DNA of 63,976 nucleotides, filler included, from Hausera hauseri (GCA_046269625.1; 12 parts of 12 records of this genome joined end to end with filler, not necessarily neighbours in it), one strand, 5' to 3'; positions 53,052 through 63,976 are shown, counted from the whole stretch's first letter. A program made the numbers and translations. Notes: generated from the sequence alone by a model not told the origin.

Positions 53052-53663
53052 CTAATTAAAAATATCTGTTCGTACACGCATGTCGTCGGGACACTCTTGT
53101 GTAAAGTCAATAAACAGATATCCATGCCGTTTGTTCGTAGCACCAGGATATGTATCTATCAAGTAGGCTCGATTGTGAGGAAATGCTTGTCGTGCAACAT
53201 AATCAATGATAGTCAGATCACGGGGATTTTTAAACAACACCAGATAGTGTACGTTTAGATTTCTTGTTCGATGCTTTCCGCCCTGATGGAACATGTTTTG
53301 CGTAATGAAAATAACCGTTACGCCACGGTGTCGTGCAATCATCGTAAAGAGGTTGTTGAAGTCGGATTGTTTCGCGGCTTCCTGAAATAAATCGTCGATG
53401 GCAATAACGTCACCGTTGCGTAATCTCTCTGACCAGTTTTCATCATACCCTTCAATTACCGTTATGGATTTCAGTTTACACAATTCCCAATGTGTCAAAC
53501 CGGACTCACCATCATCACAAACACCCTGATGCCAATATATGTGATTGTGTCGCAGTAAATGGAACATTTCACGGTAGTTCTGCAATAGTTTACACATAAA
53601 GTGTGTTTTGCCACTTCCACTAAGGCCTACAATCTGGAAAATGGCGTCATTCTGCACCTTCAT
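53052..53663 (-). CDS. Polinton A32/FtsK-like genome-packaging ATPase
   Basis: Walker A GLSGSGKT, Walker B VIAIDD, ARHRGVTVIFITQ, VLFKNPRD, GYLFID, RVRTDIF. Confidence 0.92.
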   Translation of the reverse strand: MKVQNDAIFQIVGLSGSGKTHFMCKLLQNYREMFHLLRHNHIYWHQGVCDDGESGLTHWELCKLKSITVIEGYDENWSERLRNGDVIAIDDLFQEAAKQSDFNNLFTMIARHRGVTVIFITQNMFHQGGKHRTRNLNVHYLVLFKNPRDLTIIDYVARQAFPHNRAYLIDTYPGATNKRHGYLFIDFTQECPDDMRVRTDIFN

Positions 53664-53697
53664 CTAATAATACAACCTTTCCTCATCACATGATTTG

Positions 53698-53743
53698 TTT
53701 ATAATCGCTTTACATACGCGCATATAAATAGTTATGGTATAAA
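53698..53743. promoter_or_regulatory. Putative bidirectional TATA promoter
   Basis: TATAAA on the minus strand at 53698-53703 near the ATPase ATG; TATAAATA at 53723-53730 and TATAAA at 53738-53743 ahead of ATG 53757. Confidence 0.5.
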
Positions 53744-53756
53744 CACTGTTTCTACA

Positions 53757-54230
53757 ATGATAGCTAATATCAATTATCGCTATGTTACCGAGTGTGACAT
53801 TATTAGCACACTACCTTTTAATCCGTGGAAGCCAAGGCAGTATGTACTCCAGTGTCCACCGGATTTTACATGCATCGTATTTCAATCGGAAAAGTGTCGT
53901 ATTATAGGCTGTCGCAAACTAATCACAGCAGACAACAGTAAACTGCTGCCATTCGGAATTGTCATTGACAAAATCCAATCAATAACGGTAACGACTCAGT
54001 TAGATTACCACCAAACAATCAATCTGTACAAATTAGCAATGGCCGCTACTACTGAATTTACGTATAAACCCGAACTATTTCTTGTACTGAGACTTACATC
54101 ATTTCGCCCAATTTGTGTCAATGTGTTTAACACTGGAAAAATTGTTGTACTCGGTATTCGAAGTGGACTATGAACCTATTATTAATCAAATTAAAAATCA
54201 CATAAATGTTTTACTGAATTACAATAATGT
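53757..54230 (+). CDS. Divergent TATA-binding-protein-like gene; last helix displaced by a frameshift near 54165
   Basis: Two TBP half-repeats: IANINY...FNPWKP...TCIVFQSEKCRIIG and KIQSIT...INLYKLA...YKPELFLVL...VNVFNTGKIVVLG (TBP: YEPELFPGL...LIFVSGKVVLTG). Confidence 0.8.
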
Positions 54231-54697
54231 ACATTGCACAACAACAAACTATAAATACCATTCCCATGCCCAATCAGACATTACTGCCATGGAAGACGAC
54301 GATAACGACAAAACAATTCTACTTAATGATGCCAATGATGATGAAAGTTCAGATTGGTCGTGGTTGTTTGGCTACAACAAAAAGGACGATTCTAATGTCA
54401 GTGATGGAACCACCTGTCCGACAATTAGAAAAACCGGGTGATTGTCTGCAGGCCGATTGTCTGGAAACGAAACAGGAATTTGCTCAGAAAGCAGCAGCAG
54501 CAGCAGCAGCAAAACCAACGTTAAAAAGGCAAAATTCAATGATTGGAATACGTAAACGAAAATCAAAACCGTCGTGCCAAACACAAACATTTTTACCNNN
54601 NNNNNNNNNNNNNNNNNNNNNNNNNNNNNNNNNNNNNNNNNTTAATTAATTAANNNNNNNNNNNNNNNNNNNNNNNNNNNNNNNNNNNNNNNNNNNN

Positions 54698-55752
54698 TCT
54701 TGAACATATAATTCATTAAAAAAAAAATAATAATAAGTCTCTTTTGTTTGTATATTCTCTTATTGTCTATTTTTCCCATTGAAACATAGTCCTTTTGGCC
54801 AGCACATAACCTACTATTTATATCGTCTTGATAAAACTCAGTAACACAGTTTATTACTTGCTCACTTAATTTGTGGCCTTCTCTTTTGAATATTTCTTGT
54901 AAAATACCTTGTTCCTTTACAAGTTCTCTTGTCTGCTGCACAAAATATTCAGAAACGTTAAATTCCTTGCTTATTTTACTACGAGACCAAGAATCTGGTA
55001 ACAGGCTGATAATTTTTACTTTTCCATTCTTATTGGCAACTTTACATTTTTCTTTCAGTTTACTTATAAGTTTTTCATATTCATCGTCAAATGAAGTAGA
55101 CATATATGATGAATTCGCCTCCAAATTTTCACTGAAAGTTTCTTCTAACTTTCTTTTGACAGCACTGGAAATTTTTTCAGTTTTTTTTCATTAATGCTAT
55201 ATGTCTTTGATCTTTATTTAATTTCATTATTTTATTCATAGGAGATAAATCTAATGATTCACATACTGTATCAACTCTATCGAAAGTTTTATTTTTATCT
55301 ATCAATAATTCATGAGGATTAAATTCAGTATCATTGTCATCATTACTTATGTTTTCTACATGAGTTGTTTGAATAAATAATTTAGTGGCACAATTAGGAC
55401 ACAGTGACTTACCTGGAATTAAATCAACAGGTAGATTTGTAGGCTTAGACACATGTTCTAAAAGAATTTTTCTCAATCCATTTTTAACAGGTTTTTTATG
55501 AATTTGTAATGGATCACAACATTTTTCCCCAAAAATGTGATGAAATTTAACAAGATATTTATACTTGTGATAATGACAAATACTATCTATTTCTTTAGAT
55601 ATTGTAAGTTTAAGCAACATCTGATCATCTTCTGACAATTCACTCACTCCAATCACTTCCTCAGGCACACTTTGATAATCCTGCTTATGGCACTGCTCAC
55701 TACTGAGAACACCCACAAAACAGTTCATAGTGGAAATCACAATGGAAAACAA
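54698..55752 (-). pseudogene. DNA transposase 5' half, Sola2-like, with Cys-rich N-terminus
   Basis: CCDP...HKKPV...LIPGKSLCPNC, then LLPDSWS...FYQDDINSRLCAGQKDYVS...KQKRLI; frameshift at the A-run near 55180. Superfamily call is from memory of motifs. Confidence 0.55.
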
Positions 55753-56139
55753 AACTAAAAGAAATCACATTAAAATGCACAACCTTTCATTAGATAAGAC
55801 AAATGTCAACTGAGTTCTCTTAATAAAAAGTTAAATAAGTTCAGGAATGAGCAACTTAATACATGAAATATTTATCCACTTACTCATTACTTGTAAACAT
55901 GATAGAACAATGAAATTTGTTCTCAGTCACAGAATGGAATTCACATCACTTAAAGTTGTAGTTAAAGACATAATATATTTATACACTGACTCATTAAAAA
56001 TAAATAGGACAGGATTATGAAAATATGTTCTGAATCATAGAATGAAGTATGCAATTGCACATGGCTTATTAAAAATAAACAGGACAGGACATGCAAATTT
56101 GTTCTCAGAATTAAGTAGTTAAAGTTAAGGCATGATATA

Positions 56140-56963
56140 CAGGGTGTGTCACAATTCACTCCCTGGTTTGGAAGGCTTATAAAAAAAAATATATTACCAA
56201 TACAGCAACAAAGTTGACTTTACTGGAGAAAAAAACATTACAAGTTTTGTTTCATAAATGTGTGAGTAGATGGCGCCACATGATCTAGAGCAGAAGCAAA
56301 TAACAGAAACACAGGCATTCCAAAGAGGCAATGGCGTCGTTCACAGGTCCACAGAAAGCCTACTGCGTGTTAGAATTTGCAAAAAGTGAATCTGTTGTAA
56401 CAGTTCAAAGAAAATTTCGTACAAAATACGGATTTCAACCTCCGACGAATAAAACTATTCATGCGTGGTTTCGGAAATTTCAGGAAAGTGGTTGTTTGTG
56501 TGATGGAAAACGAACTGGTCGTCCAGGCCCTTCGGAGGAAAAGGTTGATCGTGTACGAGATGCGTTTGTGCGAAGGCCGCGACAGTCAATTCGTCAAGCA
56601 AGTGCGGAATTACAGATTCCGGGAAAAAGTGTTTGGCGTATTTTACGAAAGAAACTGCAAATGAAACCCTACAGAATTCAATTAATGCAACATTTGAGTC
56701 CACAGGATATGAATGTTCGTTTCGATTTTTGCTTGAATGTCCAGAGGATGATGGAGCAGGAGGATTTTGCAGATAAATTGATTTTTAGTGACGAATCAAC
56801 ATTTCATACGTGTGGAAAAGTTAACAAACACAACGTCCGCATTTGGGGTACTGCCAATCCTAAGGACGTGATGACTCACGTTCGTGATTCGCCTAAAGTT
56901 AACGTTTTTGCTGCTATGTCGTCATCACGTGTGTACGGCCTATTTCTCTTCATGGAGAACACT
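56140..56963 (+). mobile_element. Tc1/mariner element, 5' half (TIR, DUF4817-type HTH, first catalytic Asp)
   Basis: TA then CAGGGTGTGTC at 56140; SVVTVQRKFRTKYG, GRPGPS, KPYRIQLMQHL, LIFSDESTFH, VNKHNVRIWG. Confidence 0.88.
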
Positions 56964-57293
56964 GGGATTTTAGATAGCACCAACCCACTCCATATTAGGG
57001 CTCTTCACCATGTTTATCTTGCAAGAATAAGCAGATCTGTAGATGAGTTTATTAGCCAATGGAACCACCACAGTTTAAGGACAATGGACAATAGGTCCCC
57101 ACTTCAGTTGTGGACTATTGGGATGCTGCAACTTCCTGACCATGAAAGACCATCTACTATTGCTCATGTTCAACATGGTCACAGTTTTCACCAATGGGAT
57201 GAAGAGTTAGGGCAAATTAATCCCTTAAATGAAGATGGAAACCATGGAATAGAACTTTATTTATCTGCATGTACCATACTTCAAAATATTTAG
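56331..57293 (+). CDS. Chimeric ORF: mariner transposase N-half fused in frame to an IS3EU-like integrase-core C-terminus
   Basis: 320-aa frame; after FMENT it switches to GILDSTNPLHIRALHHVYLARI...WNHHSLRTMDNRSPLQLW. Confidence 0.7.
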   Translation: MASFTGPQKAYCVLEFAKSESVVTVQRKFRTKYGFQPPTNKTIHAWFRKFQESGCLCDGKRTGRPGPSEEKVDRVRDAFVRRPRQSIRQASAELQIPGKSVWRILRKKLQMKPYRIQLMQHLSPQDMNVRFDFCLNVQRMMEQEDFADKLIFSDESTFHTCGKVNKHNVRIWGTANPKDVMTHVRDSPKVNVFAAMSSSRVYGLFLFMENTGILDSTNPLHIRALHHVYLARISRSVDEFISQWNHHSLRTMDNRSPLQLWTIGMLQLPDHERPSTIAHVQHGHSFHQWDEELGQINPLNEDGNHGIELYLSACTILQNI

Positions 57294-58015
57294 TTTTCTA
57301 AGTCATTATGTTCATCTTTAAATGATGATGTTTTCTTTTTATTATACATGGATAAACTATTTTGAAACTAATTTCAAAAGTTATGTTGTAAAGTTTTTGA
57401 TTTCTTGCATGAAAGGAGTGTACAAGACTAAGGACAATGTATATTTACACATTTTCCTTAGTCCTGTACACTCTTTTCATGTAATGCTGAAACAGGAATT
57501 TTCTTTTCATGACATAACTGACGTCATATCAACAAGATGTATCACATATTTTGTTATGGCATTAATTTTGAATGTATTACCACTAATAACTTACTTTCAT
57601 GTTAAAAATAAACATTATACCAAACATTAACTACTTAGTTTTCAAATTAATAAATTTGTGATCTGGTATTCTCACAAAAAATTAAATAAGGGCCTCTAAA
57701 CCAAAATTAAAACCAAGGCACAAGAAAAAATACCAAATACAAGTTTTTAACTCAGGAGTTCTTTATTTGAACAGGCTCACTGAAAAAAAAAAATTAAGTG
57801 CCACGTACAATAGTAAAAACTTTAACCATGTGCACTTTAAAAAATGTGATAAAAAACATTCAAATGTCTCTGAAAATGAGTAAACACACCTTTAGATTTT
57901 ACTTCTTTTTACCTATGCAGTATATGCTTCATTTGTGCCAAATACTATTATGAATTATGAAAAAAAACACACCAGTTTTTCAGTAAACAGTAAAAAAAAT
58001 TATAACTGTAACTCA

Positions 58016-58228
58016 CAGTTGTCGAATTCCGGTCCTCAAGGGCTGCTGTCCTGCATGTTTTCTAGTTTTCCTGCTCAAACAGACCTGATTTGCATGAATG
58101 GATGATTAAAAGGTTTCTACAGAATTTAAGGACCTAATTGAAACACTGAATAAAGTGTGTTGAAGCAAAGAAACAATGAAAACATGCAGGATAGCGGCCC
58201 TCATAGCGACCAAAGTTTGACATCCCTG
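58016..58228. mobile_element. hAT-type MITE with 8-bp TSD
   Basis: Imperfect long TIRs (GGGCTGCTGTCCTGCATGTTTTC / GAAAACATGCAGGATAGCGGCCC), CAG...CTG ends, TSD GTAA(C/T)TCA at 58008-58015 and 58229-58236. Confidence 0.85.
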
Positions 58229-58267
58229 GTAATTCAAGCTAACAGATTGTTATCTAGACACTACCTC

Positions 58268-58500
58268 TTACGCTCTGCCAAAACCTGGAGAGTTTCGTAT
58301 GGCAAAATCCATGTCAGTTTTGAAATCAGTGTAAACATTGTGGAAGGGTATACGAAGAATATTCTCACAAGTATTGGCCACTGGAAACCGAGAATAACTG
58401 ATGAACTCAAGACTTGGTTTTGGAGAAAATCCAAGTGCTGGAATGGCGTCACATCCGGTGAAGAAAACAAGAACATCCTCCAGACAGACCCCATCTCCAA
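58268..58500 (-). CDS. Terminal exon of a HECT E3 ubiquitin ligase (G2E3-like); not in the ORF track
   Basis: Acceptor TTTTCCAG then GDGVCLEDVLVFFTGCDAIPALGFSPKPSLEFISYSRFPVANTCENILRIP...RNSPGFGRA*; catalytic P-x-A-N-T-C intact. Confidence 0.85.
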
Positions 58501-58877
58501 CTGGAAAACATTAAAAACAAACCATTATTTATCCCATTAAGTTTTCTGCTAATTTCAGAACACTCCAGTATTAATTAGAATGCATTAAAAACAACACTAG
58601 TCTTTATTCAGGAAAATGAGAACTCATTTTAAAGTTTGCTAAGGATTCATATGTCAAAATAACATCATACCATTAAGTAGAACACATCCATCATGATCAA
58701 GCAAAACCACAACGACCACCACCCCCATATTAGCAACAACAACTGACTGATGAATACAGGATACAGTATATATGAATATGTAAAATGGACACATAACACA
58801 AAACAAATGTGAACAACAAATCCTAAATTAATACAGGGAATAATGATTTTAAAGATGTCTTAAAATGTATTGTTTTA

Positions 58878-59401
58878 CAACGGAAGTAGAGAGCAGACTT
58901 TTTCCACAATTAATACTTTTCTATAGTTTTCTCGTGATACACATATTATGTTTTTATCACAACGAGGAGCGTATTCTCATGATAACAAGTTATGATTTTC
59001 TTGTGTATCATTCAGTAACCATGGAAATGGCCCGATCCCCTCAGCTGGTGACCAGTAAAGTTTATTATATCATCCAGTTCAAGATCACTTTTAAATGCCT
59101 GCTGATCTGCAGTCAGGCCACCTGTCTCCTCAAATGACAAAGGCTGATATGAAAGTTATCTGTACAAGACAAAAAAATTGCAATATCAGTTGGTGAAACA
59201 ATACAAAATGACACAAAATTATGAACAAATAATAGGTTGCCTTCAGGCCCAGGCCCCCTTGCAAAATAGATCTGCCATCTCAATGTTATTTAGACAGACA
59301 GACAGACAATTTATCGATGAACAGTCGAGGGGACCAGGCCGTCTCCATGGTTACTGAATGGACGAGAGTAAAACCATCTGAAAATTAACTCGTTATCTCG
59401 A
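58878..59401. mobile_element. IS3EU-like non-autonomous fragments in opposite orientations
   Basis: Minus ISLCHLRR...DIINFTGHQLRGSGHFHGY*M and plus EQSRGPGRLHGY*M, each next to GATAAC(A/G)AGTTA-type sequence. Confidence 0.45.
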
Positions 59402-60059
59402 NNNNNNNNNNNNNNNNNNNNNNNNNNNNNNNNNNNNNNNNNNNNTTAATTAATTAANNNNNNNNNNNNNNNNNNNNNNNNNNNNNNNNNNNNNNNNNNN
59501 NTTCGACGATCACGTTTTATTCGATTTATTGCCGAGGTTTAAAATTTTTTTCAAATGAAGCTGTCGAGTTTGCTACTTCGGCAGCTAAATATACAATATT
59601 GGTAGACCACTATAAATATTTCAACTAAAGACAAAAAGACAAAACCTGGTCGAAAAAACTGACACCTCGACAACGGTAATCACATCGTTTATCAAACCTC
59701 CTTTAAAGGCGTTGAGAGCCAAAACTAAACGCGGAATAGTGGTGGCACCTGAAACCTCTGCACTACATTACCCCTTGTGGCAAAGACGGTGTTACTAAAA
59801 GTAAAAATAACGAAAAAGGAAAAAAACAAAAAAACTGAACACTGTATGGCTTATTCAGTTTTTGTTTTTGTACCAAGTGTTGTACTCCTTTACTATTTTT
59901 CTCCTTACTGTACTTGTAAAAAGTGACCGACTTGTGTGGTATGATTGATTGTTTAACTATGTGCTGAAATGGTTGGGGTGAAGTTATGTTTTGTTTTGAT
60001 GTGTCAGCAGGTCAAAAATTAGTCGGTGAGTTGTTGGATTCACATGTTTTAGCTAATTC

Positions 60060-63000
60060 TTATTTTGAAGCAACGGTTTGTGGGGTCGGTAAACTGCAAG
60101 GATAATTGAAAGAGTTAAGAAAGGTTGATGTAAGTTCAGTTGAAGAGTCAGGCGTGTCATCAACAAAGAACGCCGGATTAACATTAGAGATGTGAACATT
60201 TTGATCTTTGCCGCTTTTATTTATGGTAACTGTGTGGGAAGTCATGTTTAAAACTTTAAAATGTCCTAAATAGTGTGGTTGAAATCCGGATGGTATAGGA
60301 ATTTTGCGTTGAATAGCGATTCGGACAAATATGACTTATCACCATGTATGATTTTGCAGAAAGAGTCCCGGCTTAAATTGACGAAATAGTTTTGCGCAGA
60401 TCGTATCGTCTCGTCGGTCGGTGTGTTATCTAAGTCGGTTAATTCGAAAAGTGAACGTATCGTGGTGCTAAAGCATGCTTCTGCGGGTGCACAATCGGTG
60501 GTAGTGGACGGCGTGTTGCGCCATCTGGGTAATACGAAAGGAAGGGCTGTTGTCCAGTTAGCGTGAATTTTGGCGAGAATTTCTAATGAAATTTCAAGAG
60601 TTTAGCGAAAACGCTCCAATAAGCCGTTTGACTGGGATTGGTATAGGGTTATGTGCTAAGTGGTTTATGCCCAGTCGATTAACTAAGGATTTGAATAGTT
60701 TAGATTCGAATCGGAGGCCTTCATCTGTTATTATGTAGCGTGGTGAACCGAACCGGCTAATCCAAATCCTTAGGAAGGAGTCGGCAATGGAGTCTGTGTT
60801 TATGGAGCGCAAAGGAACAACTTCGGGCCAACGGGATGCGCGGTCCATCATCGTTAAGACAGATTCAAAACGTGACGTACAGGGAAAATGAAATAATGGT
60901 GGCTTAAGATGCTTAGATACCTTGAATTTTTGGCAAGCCAAACATTGCCTAATCCAGTCCTGTACGTCGTATCTCATCGATGGCCATGTTACGTGGCTTT
61001 TAAGGATGTTGGATGTACCACTCGCACCTGTGTGATGCAAAGAATGAATGTGATTGAATGCTGTTTGTTGGAGAGATGGTACCAAAATGGGCAAGTGATT
61101 TCCATGTTGCGAGGTGTCTATTTCTACGCCATCGATGACTTGGACTAATTTGTATTGGTTAAGTATTTCCGTGGTTGGAGGGTTTTGGACTAATTGGTCT
61201 TTGGAAAAGATAGATTTTATACCTATCGCTCCAACTGACCGAGACAAAAGGTCAGAAATTAAATCATCGGTACCAGAAATATGGAAAGTTTTAAAATTAA
61301 ACGTTGACAAGTACGAAATATGACCTTCTTGTCGGAATGATGGTTGCTTCATGCTCATAATGTGAACAAGAGGCATGTGGTCAGTTTGTATGGTGAAAGA
61401 TCGAGCGACAAGATGTGAAAAGTGTGAGTGCTTAAACGATATCTAACAATTCCCTGTTGGAATAGTGACATTCTTGTGGTTGTAATTTCAGTGAAAAGAA
61501 TTATCGTGGCTCATTTGTGCCTTGGTAGGTTTGATGGAGAACTGTGCAGACTGCTGTTGTGGAAGGGTCAGTTGTTAGGATTAAGTTAGCATCGGGTCTT
61601 AGGTAGGCAAGAATTTCCACTGTTTTGAAATTGTTACGAAGCTCGTTAAATTGGTTTACTAGTTCTGGAAATTGAGTATCAGCTACTATAAAAGTCCATG
61701 TAAAATTTTCAGAAAAGGAGTGTAGTTTAAGAGATTGTTGAGGCGCCTAGTACACGCAAGGGTTGACAATTTGCGATATGCCGTTTAGTTGTAGATGATG
61801 AGATGGTTCATATTTTGGTAGACACAGGTAGAAGTGATAATACCGCTCCAGAATCAATTAGGATAAAAGGCACATACTTTATAGACTGTATTTGTGCGGA
61901 TGTTCGGTTGAAAATAGTTGCCTTTGCGAGTATGCACCGAAACATCTGGATGCTTTATTCATTTTTTGAGGGAGATGAGTTTACAGCATTAAAAGAATTA
62001 CTAAGATGTGTTAGGTCCGTTAACGAACGTGCATCCAGTAATGCAGTTTCCTGTTTTATTGTTAAATTTGCCGTGGTAAATACATACAACGTCGGATGTT
62101 CGAAAAGTAGGTGCATAAAATTTGCAACCTAAGCAACATTTGGTTGCATTGTTTTTGAATTTGGTGTGGTAATAACACACCATCGGTCGCGCAGGCGACA
62201 TAATAGATCTGAAATTGTGCGATGAAGCACGGATACGATCCGTTGCAATACGACCTCGTCACAGCATAGACAGGACGTCTAGTTTAGGTGTTAAAGCTGA
62301 AATTGCTTGGTGGGTCACAGCGTTTTCAGAGCACAGAGAGTTTATTTGGTTGNNNNNNNNNNTTCAACGCTGAAGTGTCTTCATCAGGTTGAGCTGTAGA
62401 TGGTTGTAGTGTGGCGGCAACAATAAGCGTAATGCGTGTGTGTAATATTTCATGACTTTTATCAGCTAGCTGTGCTAGCTTTTCTAACGATGCTGTGTCC
62501 TCGACTATAGTTAAGAGTGCTCGCATGTTTCTTGGTAAGGATTGCTGAAAATATCTGCAAGTCAGCGTTGTTTGTTTGATTCACACCTAAGGTGTTCAAT
62601 TGGGACAAAGAAATTCGTAGAAATTCTGAAGGTTTTTGACTCCTTATGGTGTTTTCGTTGAAATATTTATAGATAATGTTGTCTAAAGATTGTTCCGTTA
62701 TTTTTAAGACTGAATTAAAGAGAGTGTTGTATGGGTCACTGCTTTGAAAGATTTCTGACACGTTGGAAAGCTGCGACTTATTGTTGGAAGGCAGAAGTAT
62801 AAGCAAGCTGTTTGCTTTAAGGAAAGAGTTGACGATATTATTTCATTTTAACCAGGCTGTATGGAAGTTCAGCCATGTTCGGCTGGAGTGTTGTTTATCA
62901 TCAAAGTATTCTACGCAGGGTCGAATTACTGCAGATGACGGGGATGGAGCTGAATTTAGAGGTACGCTGATAGTAGGAACGACGACAAGGTCTTGTTGGT

Positions 63001-63200
63001 CGTTAGGCGAGTCTTTTGGATCACACCTTCCGAATAGACGAAGATGGATAGTTAACAGAAGCGTGGACGATGTAGAGGTATAAGACGGAAATTTGTTAAG
63101 TTGATTTGGTATGACAATACATCAGACAAGTTTTTAACAGTGGTATGTTTGTATATGTAAAGGGAATATATTTGTTTATTTTGAAAAAAAGAATGAGGGA
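60060..63200 (-). mobile_element. CsRn1/Kabuki-type Gypsy copy B (Ubl-Gag-PR-[RT deleted]-RH-IN)
   Basis: Gag homologous to copy A (SSRTWL, LAQLADKS); CYYHTKF...C...C and CIYHGKF...C...C; LIDSGAVLS; TDHMPL; H...H...C..C; MDRASRWPE, ITDEG. Confidence 0.9.
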
Positions 63201-63976
63201 GAGGAAGTTATTTAAGATGCCCAGGATGTATTATGGTGTTCGAAGTGCGAGCGTGCCCAGGCGTCCGCTGAAGTCGCACTTGGGCCGCCCGTCGATCGCC
63301 GCTCGGTGGCAGAAGAGGGTAAAGCTCGGTTTCGTCATCGAATATAAACGTTATATTTTTTAGACTCTTCCTTTTTCCTTTCGAGGTCTTGTTAGGGAAA
63401 TGTTGTGGCTTCGATGAATTCAATTATCAGTATTCATTTTATTGTAAAAGATATTGTTAGGTTTGTATCGACACATCTGACGTCGTAAATGCGTTTTGTT
63501 TTTGATAAGAAACTTGTAAATGTCGCTTTTGTGAACGCTACCTTTTGTAGCACGTTTTGGTTTAAAACTTGGGTTGTGCAATGTAATATTAGACCGGTTG
63601 TTGTTGATGGAAAATGCCTTAGGATAGGTTGAATACTTTCCACTAATATTTAATCGGACGATAATTGATCGCGAATTTAATGTCTTTTCAACGTCTTTTT
63701 TAAACGGCGCCGTATCATGAGTTTCAGTAGTACTGGCAATTTGCCTTTCATTTTTAAGTTCGCGCATTGTGTTAAAGAATTTGAATGTGAGAAAAACTTC
63801 GAAGGTTCCACGGAGCTTGGAAGAACAAATAATTCCTATACATTATTCCGGGGTGGTGAGCTTGTGAGCAAAACTCGAAATCTGAAATCTAATATGTTAG
63901 AATCTTCAAAAAGTTTGCAACGCTTATTTTCAAATCGATGTGTTTTAATAATAGTTGTAGCTGTCAGTTGAATTTT

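Noticed and set aside
53757-54173. Host TBP/TRF gene
   Set aside because: Intronless, truncated first repeat and far more divergent than any cellular TBP core; embedded in a Polinton module, so no gene symbol assigned.
10975-54597. One giant Polinton spanning the pPolB copies and the ATPase/integrase/penton module
   Set aside because: The parts lie on different contigs separated by linkers and unrelated elements; linkage cannot be inferred here.
58157-58540. 127-aa plus-strand ORF and 79-aa minus-strand ORF
   Set aside because: Off-frame or antisense to the HECT exon; the plus-strand ORF starts inside the MITE.
59009-59360. 32-bp inverted repeat as MITE TIRs or a hairpin RNA
   Set aside because: Both arms translate to the same transposase-like motif (GxGxxHGY), better explained as two fragments in opposite orientation.

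Overview
This is repeat-rich animal (metazoan) DNA, not a prokaryotic region. The window is 12 contigs of about 4-7 kb joined by an artificial 100-bp spacer (N44-TTAATTAATTAA-N44), so adjacency across spacers is not evidence of linkage. Almost everything is decayed mobile or endogenous-viral DNA: a compact short-LTR Gypsy element with a target-site duplication (TSD); four copies or fragments of a Polinton/Maverick-type protein-primed DNA polymerase B (pPolB) with shared flanks and a RING ORF; an intronless virus-like polyprotein with duplicated signal-peptide/FnIII-like ectodomain units; a Gypsy element with a chuvirus/gB-type glycoprotein upstream of pol; RTE-type LINEs with nested tRNA-derived SINEs; two CsRn1-type Gypsy copies; a Polinton morphogenesis module; and DNA-transposon debris (Sola2-like, Tc1/mariner, IS3EU-like, hAT MITE). 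Host-like sequence is limited to a Gly/Met-rich terminal exon, a kringle/fucolectin pseudogene and a HECT terminal exon. Best novelty candidates: (1) a TBP-like gene divergent from the Polinton packaging ATPase; (2) a ubiquitin-like domain ending in Gly-Gly fused ahead of Gag in both CsRn1-type copies; (3) the FnIII-like polyprotein; (4) env-before-pol order in a Gypsy element. All family assignments come from motif recognition by eye; no database search was run.
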